Source: an uncultured bacterium (GTDB lineage Bacteria; Bacteroidota; Bacteroidia; Bacteroidales; Bacteroidaceae). Taken from it: 64,000 nt of DNA. This document shows, piece after piece, positions 29,968 to 41,287 of this stretch. The position numbers were made by a program, and so were the translations under genes. Under the pieces are notes generated by a model. That model had not been told where the DNA came from, searched no databases, and worked only from the letters and a program-made list of their open reading frames with translations. Location of the stretch: contig CALZTP010000001.1 of NCBI GenBank assembly GCA_945829115.1, forward strand, positions 18,316-82,315. The letters run 5' to 3'. The stretch's first letter is position 1. Every line of letters starts with the position of its first letter.

Positions 29968-32694
29968 ATGAAAAAAGTAATTGTATTATTTCAGTTGCTG
30001 TCACTATTCTGTTTTCTACCATTAAGTGCGCAGACAATAGAACCATTCCTTCAGAACTTGGTGCAGGAGAACAGAAAAACTGTGGCTTTTGCAAAGGGCA
30101 AGAAACTGCCTGTTACACAACCAGGAATAGTGAACGGTGTTGACACCGCACTTATCATGAAGAGAACAAACGTAAGCTTCTACAGCGATGGTAGCATAAG
30201 GCGTTTAGGAGTAATAGGAACTTTAGCAGAAGGTAATAACTGTCCAGAAGAGGAACTAAAGGCTCTTGGAATAGAAATATTCTGCAAAATTGGCAATCTC
30301 GTTTTCATAAATGTTCCTATCGAGGCTTTTGACACACTCTGCACAATGAAGGAGTTCGCATCATTTGGTGCTGACAAAGTTCTACGCTTAGACAACAATG
30401 TGGCACGAACCACAAATGGAGTTTCTTTCGTAACAGGTGAAACTCTCCTTCCTGCACTTGAAGGGAGCAAGTACGATGGCACAGGAGTTATTGTTGGTGT
30501 CATAGACGACGGTATTGATTTCAACCATATTGCTTTTAAAGATTCAAACGGCAAAACTAGAATAAAGGCTGCTATGACTGTTTCAAAAAACAGTGAGGGA
30601 ACATTTGAAGTAACCACATACAACACAGAAGAAGATATAAACACCCTCACAACAGGAACCACTTACGACTCACACGGCACTCACACAGCAGCAACAGCAG
30701 CAGGAAGCTGTATTGCAGAGAGTAAGTTGCAGGGAATGACTCCTGGTGCTGACCTTGTTTTGTTCGATATCTCGGGCTATTTCAATAAAAGTGTTCTTGC
30801 ATATGCCGCAAATAAAATCTTCGAATATGCTAAAACTATAAACAAACCCGTTGTTATTAACTTCAGCATTGGCTCAACAGCAGGATTCTACGATGGCACA
30901 GACATCGTTGCTCAGGCTTTCAATACTCTCACATCAGAACAGCCAGGAAGAATAGTGTGTGTATCAGCAGGAAATTCTGCTGATAAAAAATCAAGTATAG
31001 ATGCTACTGTCAATAACGGTGAGATACTGAAAACTGTATTCGATACTAAATCTTCTAACGAGCAATACACGTCATACGATCATGGATTGTTCATACAAGC
31101 AAATTCCAACGCAAATTTCTCTGCACGCCTTATGGCAGTAGACATCACTACAGGACAGGAATATTCTCTTGCAGAGAAACCGCTATACAACTCTTCTAAC
31201 GCTATTACAAACGTTGAATGTAATGTTCAACCTCATGGGGACGGTTCTATATATTTCTTCCAAGCAACTTCTGGCTTTTTGAAGTTCAATGATAAAAACA
31301 TTCGTCTTGGCATAGAATTAAAAGCAACTACTAACAACCAACGTTTTACTATCAACGATGGATATTCTAACAGTAATTATGCTTTTATTGGAGAAAAGGG
31401 AAACAGTGTGTTGACAGGCTACAAAGACGGAGATGGGGAAATGTCAATAAATCCTATTGCATGTACTGATGGCGTTATCTCTGTAGGAGCATATAGAGAC
31501 AGGGACACCTGGCAGAGCATTGATAATTATAACTATTATTCACCAACTATCAACCAATATCCGCAGAATAGCGTTGTTCCTTTCTCAAGCTATGGTGTTG
31601 ATTACTTAGGGAAAATGCGCCCAGATGTGGTTGCACCGGGAGCATATATCATTTCTGCCTTTAATGCCTATGATCAGAATTATTTCTCTGGAGAAGGTAT
31701 AAACAATAAAGAGCCTATAGAAGGGAAAAAATCTAATATCTCACACGTACTAAAGGGTAAAGGCATTGGAGACGGCACGAGACCGTATTTCTACGGTGCT
31801 ATGTCAGGAACATCAATGTCAGCACCAATGGTGACAGGAATTGTGGCACTTTGGCTACAAGCAAATCCTAACCTCACGGTTGCAAATGTAAGAGAAATTA
31901 TACAGAAAACCTCTGCAAGAGATATCTACACTCGCTTTGCAAGCAACATTCCTTCTGGAAATATTGTTCAGGCGGGAACAGGAAAAATAGACGCACTCAG
32001 AGGTATTGAATATATCCTGAACACATACGGAGGAAAAAGTATTCCTACGGATGTTGATATCTCCATGACCAACAATCTTGCTACATTCTCAAGCACAGAG
32101 ATGCTCGACTTCCGCGACCCGGAGATGCAGCCAAAGGCATATATTGCAGAGCAGTTGAATAGTAGTACACTGACCTTCAAAAGAGTGTTTGACAGAGTAC
32201 CAGCAAACACCGGACTTCTCATAAACGCCCCAGCAGGAAACTATAAGATTCCTATTGCAACTAATGCGTCAGAAATCACCAACAACTATCTCTATGGCAC
32301 TGCAGAGAGTCCTGTAACAATCATAAATAAGGGTGAGTGCTATGTCCTTTCAAGCAAAGAAGGTAAAGTGGGATTCTACCAGAATGCAGCAGGACTCACC
32401 ATTCCTGCTGGAAAGGCATATCTGAAGCTACCAGAAGATGCAATGGCAGCATCTCATGTAGTAGGAATCAGTTTATCAGATGAAATCAGCATCCCAGACA
32501 ATTCATCAGATGCAGGCATTGCTATTGACGATATTATTATTGGTAATCTTGTGATTGACTATGGCAATACTACTGGCATTGAGGAAATAAACTCTGAAAA
32601 CCAGCCTGCCGCTGTCTATGACTTGAGCGGTCGTCGCGCAAAGAGAATTGGTAAGGGACTTTACATTATGAATGGGAAAAAAGTGGTAATGTAA
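29968..32694 (+). CDS. Secreted S8 subtilisin-like peptidase with a T9SS-type C-terminal domain
   Basis: Signal peptide; triad GVIDDG (D), HGTHTA (H), GTSMSAP (S); C-terminal TTGIEEI...YDLSGRR...KGLYIMNGKKVV. ATG at 29968 (ORF opens at 29956). Confidence 0.92.
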   Translation: MKKVIVLFQLLSLFCFLPLSAQTIEPFLQNLVQENRKTVAFAKGKKLPVTQPGIVNGVDTALIMKRTNVSFYSDGSIRRLGVIGTLAEGNNCPEEELKALGIEIFCKIGNLVFINVPIEAFDTLCTMKEFASFGADKVLRLDNNVARTTNGVSFVTGETLLPALEGSKYDGTGVIVGVIDDGIDFNHIAFKDSNGKTRIKAAMTVSKNSEGTFEVTTYNTEEDINTLTTGTTYDSHGTHTAATAAGSCIAESKLQGMTPGADLVLFDISGYFNKSVLAYAANKIFEYAKTINKPVVINFSIGSTAGFYDGTDIVAQAFNTLTSEQPGRIVCVSAGNSADKKSSIDATVNNGEILKTVFDTKSSNEQYTSYDHGLFIQANSNANFSARLMAVDITTGQEYSLAEKPLYNSSNAITNVECNVQPHGDGSIYFFQATSGFLKFNDKNIRLGIELKATTNNQRFTINDGYSNSNYAFIGEKGNSVLTGYKDGDGEMSINPIACTDGVISVGAYRDRDTWQSIDNYNYYSPTINQYPQNSVVPFSSYGVDYLGKMRPDVVAPGAYIISAFNAYDQNYFSGEGINNKEPIEGKKSNISHVLKGKGIGDGTRPYFYGAMSGTSMSAPMVTGIVALWLQANPNLTVANVREIIQKTSARDIYTRFASNIPSGNIVQAGTGKIDALRGIEYILNTYGGKSIPTDVDISMTNNLATFSSTEMLDFRDPEMQPKAYIAEQLNSSTLTFKRVFDRVPANTGLLINAPAGNYKIPIATNASEITNNYLYGTAESPVTIINKGECYVLSSKEGKVGFYQNAAGLTIPAGKAYLKLPEDAMAASHVVGISLSDEISIPDNSSDAGIAIDDIIIGNLVIDYGNTTGIEEINSENQPAAVYDLSGRRAKRIGKGLYIMNGKKVVM

Positions 32695-32725
32695 CCATCT
32701 GAAGTATTAACCTAAAAAATCAAGA

Positions 32726-32905
32726 ATGATGAGAAAGAAAACATATCTCGCTCCAGAAATGAATATATGGAACATAAAACAGTGTGTTATTCTGTCTGGA
32801 AGCAATATCAACATTGTCTCTGACGATGGCAATTCTATCATTGACGATATAGGAATTGATGATGGAGGTGCAATAGTGATTGATGACCCAGAGAAAATCT
32901 GGTAA
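32726..32905 (+). CDS. Unannotated 59-aa peptide with KKTYxxP leader-like N-terminus and Asp/Ile/Gly-rich C-terminus
   Basis: MMRKKTYLAPEMNIWNIKQCVILSGSNINIVSDDGNSIIDDIGIDDGGAIVIDDPEKIW; 31 bp after the S8 stop, same strand, ahead of the terminator palindrome; just below the ORF-track cutoff. Confidence 0.75.
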   Translation: MMRKKTYLAPEMNIWNIKQCVILSGSNINIVSDDGNSIIDDIGIDDGGAIVIDDPEKIW

Positions 32906-32933
32906 GCAATTGAGTAGGAGATAAACTCTAATC

Positions 32934-32977
32934 ATAACGTGAGTTCGATGAGTTATATTTCATTGAACTCACGTTAT
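32934..32977. terminator. 18-bp-arm palindrome (ATAACGTGAGTTCG...GAACTCACGTTAT), likely bidirectional terminator or REP-like element
   Basis: 17/18 arm match with one G-U pair, 8-nt loop, between convergent units. Confidence 0.7.
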
Positions 32978-32981
32978 TTTA

Positions 32982-33104
32982 TAAAAAGACAGAGGTTAGT
33001 TTTTTGTTACGATTCCATTAACTAAAAAGACAGAGGTTAGTTTTTTGTTACGATTCCATTAACTAAAAAGACAGAGGTTAGTTTTTTGTTACGATTCTAT
33101 TAAC
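32982..33104. repeat. 3 x 41-bp near-perfect tandem repeat
   Basis: TAAAAAGACAGAGGTTAGTTTTTTGTTACGATTCCATTAAC; one substitution in copy 3; abuts the ung stop codon. Confidence 0.95.
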
Positions 33105-33106
33105 TA

Positions 33107-33802
33107 TCACCAGGCAATAGGTGTTAATCCTTGCTCCTGAAGCCAGAAATTACAACGAGAGAATTGGTGATTACCAAACCAACCACCTCTATTGGCAGAT
33201 AAAGGAGATGGGTGTACAGATTCAAGGACAAGATGTCGAGTGCGGTCAATTAACTTCGCCTTACTGCGTGCATAGCCTCCCCAGAGTAAGAAAACGACAT
33301 GCGGGCAATGTTGTGAAATGGCTGAGATAACAGCATCTGTGAATGTCTCCCACCCTTGCTTCTGATGAGAACCAGCAAGATGCTCTCGCACGGTTAGTGT
33401 GGCATTAAGCAGGAACACTCCTTGTTCTGCCCATCGCCTTAAGGAGCCATCGTACATGCTCTTTCCATTCTCTCCCTTCAGAATCGGCGGAATAGTGCCT
33501 ATATCGTCTTTTATCTCCTTAAAGATATTCACAAGTGATGGTGGCAATGGAATTCCTGTCTTTACAGAAAAGCAAAGCCCTTCTGCCTGTCCCGGACCGT
33601 GGTAAGGGTCTTGTCCGAGAATCACCACCTTCACATTCTCTGGCGAACAAAGGTCAAAGGCATTGAAAATCTCTGGTCCTGGTGGATAGCAGACACCTTT
33701 CGAGTATTCCGCCTTAACAAATTGAGTGAGTCTGACAAAGTACTCCTTGTCAAACTCACTCTTTAATATTTTTTCCCAAGAAGGGTTAATTTTCACGTTC
33801 AT
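33107..33802 (-). CDS. ung: Uracil-DNA glycosylase
   Basis: GQDPYH, FLLNATLTV, HPSPLSA motifs. Confidence 0.97.
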   Translation of the reverse strand: MNVKINPSWEKILKSEFDKEYFVRLTQFVKAEYSKGVCYPPGPEIFNAFDLCSPENVKVVILGQDPYHGPGQAEGLCFSVKTGIPLPPSLVNIFKEIKDDIGTIPPILKGENGKSMYDGSLRRWAEQGVFLLNATLTVREHLAGSHQKQGWETFTDAVISAISQHCPHVVFLLWGGYARSKAKLIDRTRHLVLESVHPSPLSANRGGWFGNHQFSRCNFWLQEQGLTPIAW

Positions 33803-33804
33803 GC

Positions 33805-35325
33805 TTAGTCAACAATAAGGTTCTCACCGGTCATGTCAGCAGGTTGCTCAAGTCCGAGGATATGTAGGATAGAAGGTGCCACATCAGCGAGACGACCGTC
33901 CTTGACAGTAGCCGAATTATTGTCTGTTACATATATGAAAGGAACAGGGTTGAGGGAATGCGCTGTGTTTGGTGTTCCATCTGCATTGATAGCATTGTCA
34001 GCATTTCCGTGGTCGGCAATAATTATAGCCTCATAGCCTGCAGCTTTTGCAGTTTCAATGACATCTTTCACACAGTTGTCGACAGCATGTACAGCCTTAG
34101 CAATGGCGTTGTAGACGCCTGTATGTCCCACCATATCTCCGTTAGCAAAGTTAACAACAATAAAGTCATACATCTCTGTCTTGATGGCAGCACAGAGCTT
34201 GTCTTTTACCTCGTAGGCAGACATTTCTGGCTTGAGGTCGTAGGTAGCAACCTTTGGAGAAGCAACGAGAATGCGGTCTTCACCTTCGTAAGGAGTCTCC
34301 CGACCACCATTGAAGAAGAATGTCACGTGTGCATACTTTTCTGTCTCTGCAGTGTGTAGCTGCTTTTTGCCCTGCTGTGAGAGATATTCTCCAAGTGTAT
34401 TTGTTACGTTTTCTTTTGGGAAGAGTATGTTTACTCCAGTGAAGGAAGCGTCATAAGGAGTCATACAGTAATACTTCAAGCCAGCAACCGTGTTCATTCC
34501 GTTCTCTGGCATATCCTGCTGTGTGAGTACCTGTGTAAGTTCTTTAGCACGGTCGTTGCGGAAGTTGATGAAGATAACGACATCTCCTTCTTCTATCTTT
34601 CCGTTTACAGTTGCGTTAGTGATTGGCTTTATGAACTCGTCAGTAACTCCCTCATCGTAGCTTTCTTGCATAGCCTGAACCATATTGGTTGCTTTCTTTC
34701 CTTCTGCCTTTACAATAAGGTCGTAAGCTTCCTTTACTCGCTCCCAGCGTTTGTCGCGGTCCATAGCATAGAAACGTCCTACGATAGATGCGATATTAGC
34801 ATTGTTTTCTTTGCAAACAGCAGAGAGTTGCTCAATAAAGCCTTTTCCTGACTTAGGGTCGGTGTCTCTTCCGTCCATGAAACAGTGAATGAAAGTCTGA
34901 TCTTTCAGTCCGAACTCTTTTCCAACCTCAATAAGTTTGAAGAGATGGTCTAGTGAAGAGTGCACGCCACCATCTGACGTAAGTCCCATGAGATGGAGCT
35001 TCTTATTGTTCTCCTTAGCATATGTGTATGCCTCTACCACCTGTGGGTTCTTAGAGATAGAGCCGTCTTTACATGCACGGTTAATCTTCACAAGGTCCTG
35101 ATATACAATACGTCCAGCACCGATATTAAGATGTCCTACCTCTGAGTTGCCCATCTGTCCGTCAGGGAGTCCAACGTCCTCTCCACTTGCCTGAAGTTGT
35201 GAGTGTGCAGAAACTGCAGTGAGATAGTCAAGGTATGGTGTTGGAGTGTTGAAGATTACGTCACCATTTCCATGCTTTCCGATTCCCCATCCATCGAGAA
35301 TCATCAATAATGCTTTCTTTGCCAT
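33805..35325 (-). CDS. gpmI: 2,3-bisphosphoglycerate-independent phosphoglycerate mutase
   Basis: [31 protein letters not shown]. Confidence 0.97.
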   Translation of the reverse strand: MAKKALLMILDGWGIGKHGNGDVIFNTPTPYLDYLTAVSAHSQLQASGEDVGLPDGQMGNSEVGHLNIGAGRIVYQDLVKINRACKDGSISKNPQVVEAYTYAKENNKKLHLMGLTSDGGVHSSLDHLFKLIEVGKEFGLKDQTFIHCFMDGRDTDPKSGKGFIEQLSAVCKENNANIASIVGRFYAMDRDKRWERVKEAYDLIVKAEGKKATNMVQAMQESYDEGVTDEFIKPITNATVNGKIEEGDVVIFINFRNDRAKELTQVLTQQDMPENGMNTVAGLKYYCMTPYDASFTGVNILFPKENVTNTLGEYLSQQGKKQLHTAETEKYAHVTFFFNGGRETPYEGEDRILVASPKVATYDLKPEMSAYEVKDKLCAAIKTEMYDFIVVNFANGDMVGHTGVYNAIAKAVHAVDNCVKDVIETAKAAGYEAIIIADHGNADNAINADGTPNTAHSLNPVPFIYVTDNNSATVKDGRLADVAPSILHILGLEQPADMTGENLIVD

Positions 35326-35440
35326 AAATCTAATTCGTTTTTTGGAGGAAAGCTCCCCCTTGTAAATACCTATAATAATATTGTTTTTCTTCGAAAAAAA
35401 TCTTTTTGTGTAGAAGTTTTCGTAAACCGTTTCATGTAAT

Positions 35441-35468
35441 ACGAGGTAGGCAAAGATGCCTACCTCGT
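35441..35468 (-). terminator. Hairpin directly after gyrB
   Basis: Perfect 12-bp stem ACGAGGTAGGCA/TGCCTACCTCGT. Confidence 0.6.
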
Positions 35469-35478
35469 GGTATATATG

Positions 35479-37572
<2,094 letters not shown>

Positions 37573-37718
37573 TCAAAAATAACTAATCTTAATTTATCCA
37601 TATCCCTCAAATGCCGTTCCTCGACTCTTCATCATTGTGTCTTTACGCTGATTGTGAGACAATCTGCGAGTTCGTAATCAATGAAAGGAGGCGAAAAAGC
37701 AAGGTTATTTGGTTTACG

Positions 37719-37848
37719 CATATCTGACATATATCTAACGCATATCAATGTCATATCTAACGCATATCTAACGCATATCTAACATATGACTTAGATATGA
37801 CTTACATATGACCTACATATGACTTACATATGACTTACATATGACTTA
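37719..37848. repeat. Two abutting 11-bp arrays (6 x CATATCTAACG, 6 x CATATGACTTA) in inverted relationship
   Basis: Units every 11 bp at 37719-37774 and 37783-37838; block A reverse complement matches block B at 8-9 of 11 positions. Confidence 0.9.
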
Positions 37849-37863
37849 CTGCCTTGCAAATTC

Positions 37864-39096
37864 TTACCCGAAAAACATATAGCAAATAACTATTGCTGAA
37901 ATGATTCCAGCCAAGTCAGCAGCCAATCCGCAAGTAACGGCGTGACGGGTATGACGGATGCCCACAGAGCCAAAATAGACAGCAAGCACATAGAATGTGG
38001 TATCTGTAGAACCCTGAAACACACTTGCTAATCTGCCCACGAAAGAGTCAGCACCATATTGCGTCATAGCATCAACCATCATTCCGCGAGCGCCACTGCC
38101 AGAGAGCGGTTTCATAAGAGCAGTAGGAAGTGCACCTACGAAGTCGGCATCAAGCCCACATTGCTCCACGCCCCATGCCACGCCATGTATCAGCCAGTCC
38201 ATAGCTCCAGAAGCTCTAAAGACTCCTATTGCCACGAGAATTGCTATCAGGTAGGGAATAATTGTAATAGCCGTCTGAAAACCCTCCTTCGCTCCTTCTA
38301 TGAAAGCGTCATAGACATTCACTTTCTTCCTTACTCCAGCAAAGAAAAACATCACGATAATAGTAAGCAAAAGAACATTTGCAACAGTCTTAGAAACTAT
38401 GTCCATAGTCTCCTGACTCATCACAGAGAACGACCATATCACTCCTGCCACCGCCAACACCATGGTGCCGAGCATAAGAAGGAGGGTGCGGTTCAGAAGG
38501 TTTATCTTCTGATAGACAGAGGTCACAATAATTCCTGCCAAGGTAGAGAAAAAGGTGGCAAGGAGTATAGGTACAAAGATATCTGTTGGGTTGGCGGCTC
38601 CAAGCTGTGCCCTATAAACCATAATAGAGACTGGGATAAGGGTTAGTCCTGAGGTATTCAACACAAGGAACATTATCATTGCATCTGTTGCGCGCTCCTT
38701 CTCTGGGTTCAGGGTCTGCAGTTCCTTCATGGCTTTTAGTCCCATAGGTGTTGCTGCATTGTCAAGTCCGAGCATATTTGCAGCAATGTTCATGAAGATA
38801 GTGCCCGTGACTGGATGACCGTTAGGAATAGAAGGGAACAATCGTGAGAACACCGGACTCAAGACTTTTGCGAGAACATTCACCACTCCACCCTTCTCTC
38901 CTACCTTCATTATACCGAGCCAAAGAGACAACACACCTGTGAGTCCGAGAGAAATCTCAAAGCCAGTTTTTGCTGAAGAGAAGGTAGAATCAATGATTTC
39001 AGGAAACACGTCAACATCTCCTAACACCACCAGTTTCACTACGGCAATAACAAATGCTATAAAGAAAAACGCAATAAAAATGTAATTTAAAACCAT
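37864..39096 (-). CDS. SpmA/SpmB fusion (nucleoside-recognition Gate domain) membrane protein
   Basis: NMLGLDNAATPMGLKAM, LMKPLSGSGA, STDTTFYVLAVYFGSVGI. Confidence 0.9.
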   Translation of the reverse strand: MVLNYIFIAFFFIAFVIAVVKLVVLGDVDVFPEIIDSTFSSAKTGFEISLGLTGVLSLWLGIMKVGEKGGVVNVLAKVLSPVFSRLFPSIPNGHPVTGTIFMNIAANMLGLDNAATPMGLKAMKELQTLNPEKERATDAMIMFLVLNTSGLTLIPVSIMVYRAQLGAANPTDIFVPILLATFFSTLAGIIVTSVYQKINLLNRTLLLMLGTMVLAVAGVIWSFSVMSQETMDIVSKTVANVLLLTIIVMFFFAGVRKKVNVYDAFIEGAKEGFQTAITIIPYLIAILVAIGVFRASGAMDWLIHGVAWGVEQCGLDADFVGALPTALMKPLSGSGARGMMVDAMTQYGADSFVGRLASVFQGSTDTTFYVLAVYFGSVGIRHTRHAVTCGLAADLAGIISAIVICYMFFG

Positions 39097-39154
39097 GATT
39101 CTAAGTAATTATGAAATTCTATTTGAATGATGAATGTGTGTGATGGTGATGAAT

Positions 39155-39766
39155 TTATTTGTCAAACCTTATCTCCACCTCTGTGTAACCAATCTGCTTA
39201 AGTCGCTCAGAAACCTCCTTTTCTGCACGATGTCGGCACTCGCTGATGGTAACAGGAGAAAGCCCCTCTGCTAACATTCGCTTCCTCGCTCTCTCTGCCA
39301 TTGCCTTTCTAACATCTGGTCGTGCTTCAAAATCGTCATTGTCTGAGCGAAGAATCTCTGTCTTTGTCTCATCAATAAAATTACTGTCAAGAACACAGAC
39401 ATCTGGCAGAACAAGCGAGATAGTGTCTCCAGAAACCCTATACCTCAATGCTGGCATCGACTGAAGGTTTATTCCCACAGACAAGCAGCCTTCATATTTC
39501 TTTGAGACTGTTCGCTTCACAAGTCCCATCCATCGCATTTCAACAGTATCCACAACCGTCTTTACTGGCACAGAAGCCAATTCCCACTGCTTTATGGAGT
39601 GTATAGAGTCAAGAACGGCAGGTGTCATGACAATCCTTTTCTCCACCTTCGTGTCTACTCCGGAGCTTTCAACAACGGTTTTCAAGGCAGAGATTACGAG
39701 CAATATTGCAACAGCCAGCAATATTCCACCAGCAATATACCATCTTATCTTTTTCCACATAATCAT
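39155..39766 (-). CDS. DUF4230-like protein with an N-terminal TM anchor
   Basis: N-terminal TM segment; YEG.LSVGINL, ISLVLPDV.VLD, FIDE pattern. Confidence 0.65.
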   Translation of the reverse strand: MIMWKKIRWYIAGGILLAVAILLVISALKTVVESSGVDTKVEKRIVMTPAVLDSIHSIKQWELASVPVKTVVDTVEMRWMGLVKRTVSKKYEGCLSVGINLQSMPALRYRVSGDTISLVLPDVCVLDSNFIDETKTEILRSDNDDFEARPDVRKAMAERARKRMLAEGLSPVTISECRHRAEKEVSERLKQIGYTEVEIRFDK

Positions 39767-41208
39767 GCACGTCTGAATAAGGCAAAAAGTTTTTTCTTTA
39801 CACTGGGGAGGTCATGATATAACACATGCCCAACAAACATCAGCACAACGCCTGTATTCACCACCAAGGCAAGTATGTCTGACAGATTCTCATTGCTCCA
39901 AGAGATGACTACATAGAACAGTGCGGTCATAGCAACATACATGGCGATGTTCAGCAACGGGTAGTTTATAGGGTTCTTCCTCTGACCAACAACATACGAT
40001 AACACCATGGCTGTTCCATAGCCAGCCACACCACCCCAAGCACAAGCCATATATCCGAGCTTCGGAATAAACAACACGTTCACGGCTATTAGCGCAACGC
40101 ATCCTGCTATCGAGAACCAAGCGCCCCAGATGGTCTTGTCTATGAGCTTATACCAGAACGAGAGGTTGAAATAAACGCCCATCATAATCTCTGCCGCCAT
40201 GACAATAGGGACGGCAGCAAGACCCTCACGGTATTCTGGTCCGATGACGTGCTTCAGGATATTCATATACGCCATTATGCAGATAAATGCTAATAGCGTG
40301 AAGATTATGAAGTACTTCATTCCTGCTGCATAATACTCCTTTGAATCTTTATCCTTACTGCTTGCAAAGACTATCGGCTCATAAGCAAATCGGAAGGCTT
40401 GCGTAATCATAGCCATTATCATTGCTATCTTCACACAAGCTCCATAGATGCCTAATTGCGCTTTAGCGTCACTGCCTTCATAGACTAAAGGGAAAAGAAT
40501 TTTATCTGCCGTCTGGTTCAGGATTCCGGCTACTCCAAGAATTAGCAGAGGCCAAGAATAGGAGAGCATCCTTTTCAGAAGAGAAAAATCCAACTGCCAC
40601 CTAATCTTCAGCATATCAGGAATGAAGAAGAACGTTATCATGCCTGTACACAAGAGGTTTATGGCAAAGACATAGAACACTTCTGTTTTCTGCAAGAACA
40701 CAAAGAACACAACGTTCAGCAAGATATTCAACGCAATGAACAGCATCTTTAATGATGCAAAACGCACTGGACGCTTCTTGAATCTTAGGTAACAGAACGG
40801 CAATGCCTGAAGGGCATCAAGAACTGTCACAATAGCCATTATCATCAGAAACTCCGGATGTGCCTCATATCCTAAGAATGCGCTTATTGGCGAGAGGAAC
40901 ACAGTGATCAGAGCGAGAAACACCGCCGACAAGCTTCCTACAACAGCAAAGCCAGTGGAAAAGACCGTATCTGGCTTCTCACCATCTCTATTAGCAAATC
41001 GAAAGAGGGTTGTTTCCATTCCAAAGGTGAGTATCACCAACGCTAATGCTGTATAGGCATACATGTTCACGCTGACTCCGTAATCGCCAGAGTCTTTTGG
41101 CATGCAGTAGGTATACAACGGTACAAGGAGATAATTCAGAAACCTTCCTACTATACTGCTTAAGCCATAGATGGCTGTGTCTTTTGCTAAGATACCGAGT
41201 TTTGACAT
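39763..41208 (-). CDS. MOP-superfamily flippase (Wzx/MurJ-like)
   Basis: KDTAIYGLSSIVGRFLNYLLVPLYT start; 12-14 TM segments; ATG at 41208. Confidence 0.85.
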   Translation of the reverse strand: MSKLGILAKDTAIYGLSSIVGRFLNYLLVPLYTYCMPKDSGDYGVSVNMYAYTALALVILTFGMETTLFRFANRDGEKPDTVFSTGFAVVGSLSAVFLALITVFLSPISAFLGYEAHPEFLMIMAIVTVLDALQALPFCYLRFKKRPVRFASLKMLFIALNILLNVVFFVFLQKTEVFYVFAINLLCTGMITFFFIPDMLKIRWQLDFSLLKRMLSYSWPLLILGVAGILNQTADKILFPLVYEGSDAKAQLGIYGACVKIAMIMAMITQAFRFAYEPIVFASSKDKDSKEYYAAGMKYFIIFTLLAFICIMAYMNILKHVIGPEYREGLAAVPIVMAAEIMMGVYFNLSFWYKLIDKTIWGAWFSIAGCVALIAVNVLFIPKLGYMACAWGGVAGYGTAMVLSYVVGQRKNPINYPLLNIAMYVAMTALFYVVISWSNENLSDILALVVNTGVVLMFVGHVLYHDLPSVKKKLFALFRRA

Positions 41209-41287
41209 TCTTTCCTTCTTTTTCTTCAAAATTGATTAGTAGGTATGAAAATCTATTCCTTATGTTTCTTTAAGTGAGACCGTCTTT

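Noticed and set aside
32720-32935. 71-aa minus-strand ORF in the track
   Set aside because: Antisense to the 59-aa peptide ORF, which has the recognisable motif and operon-consistent orientation
32982-33104. 41-bp repeats as a CRISPR array
   Set aside because: Copies are head-to-tail with no spacers, and there are no cas genes in the window
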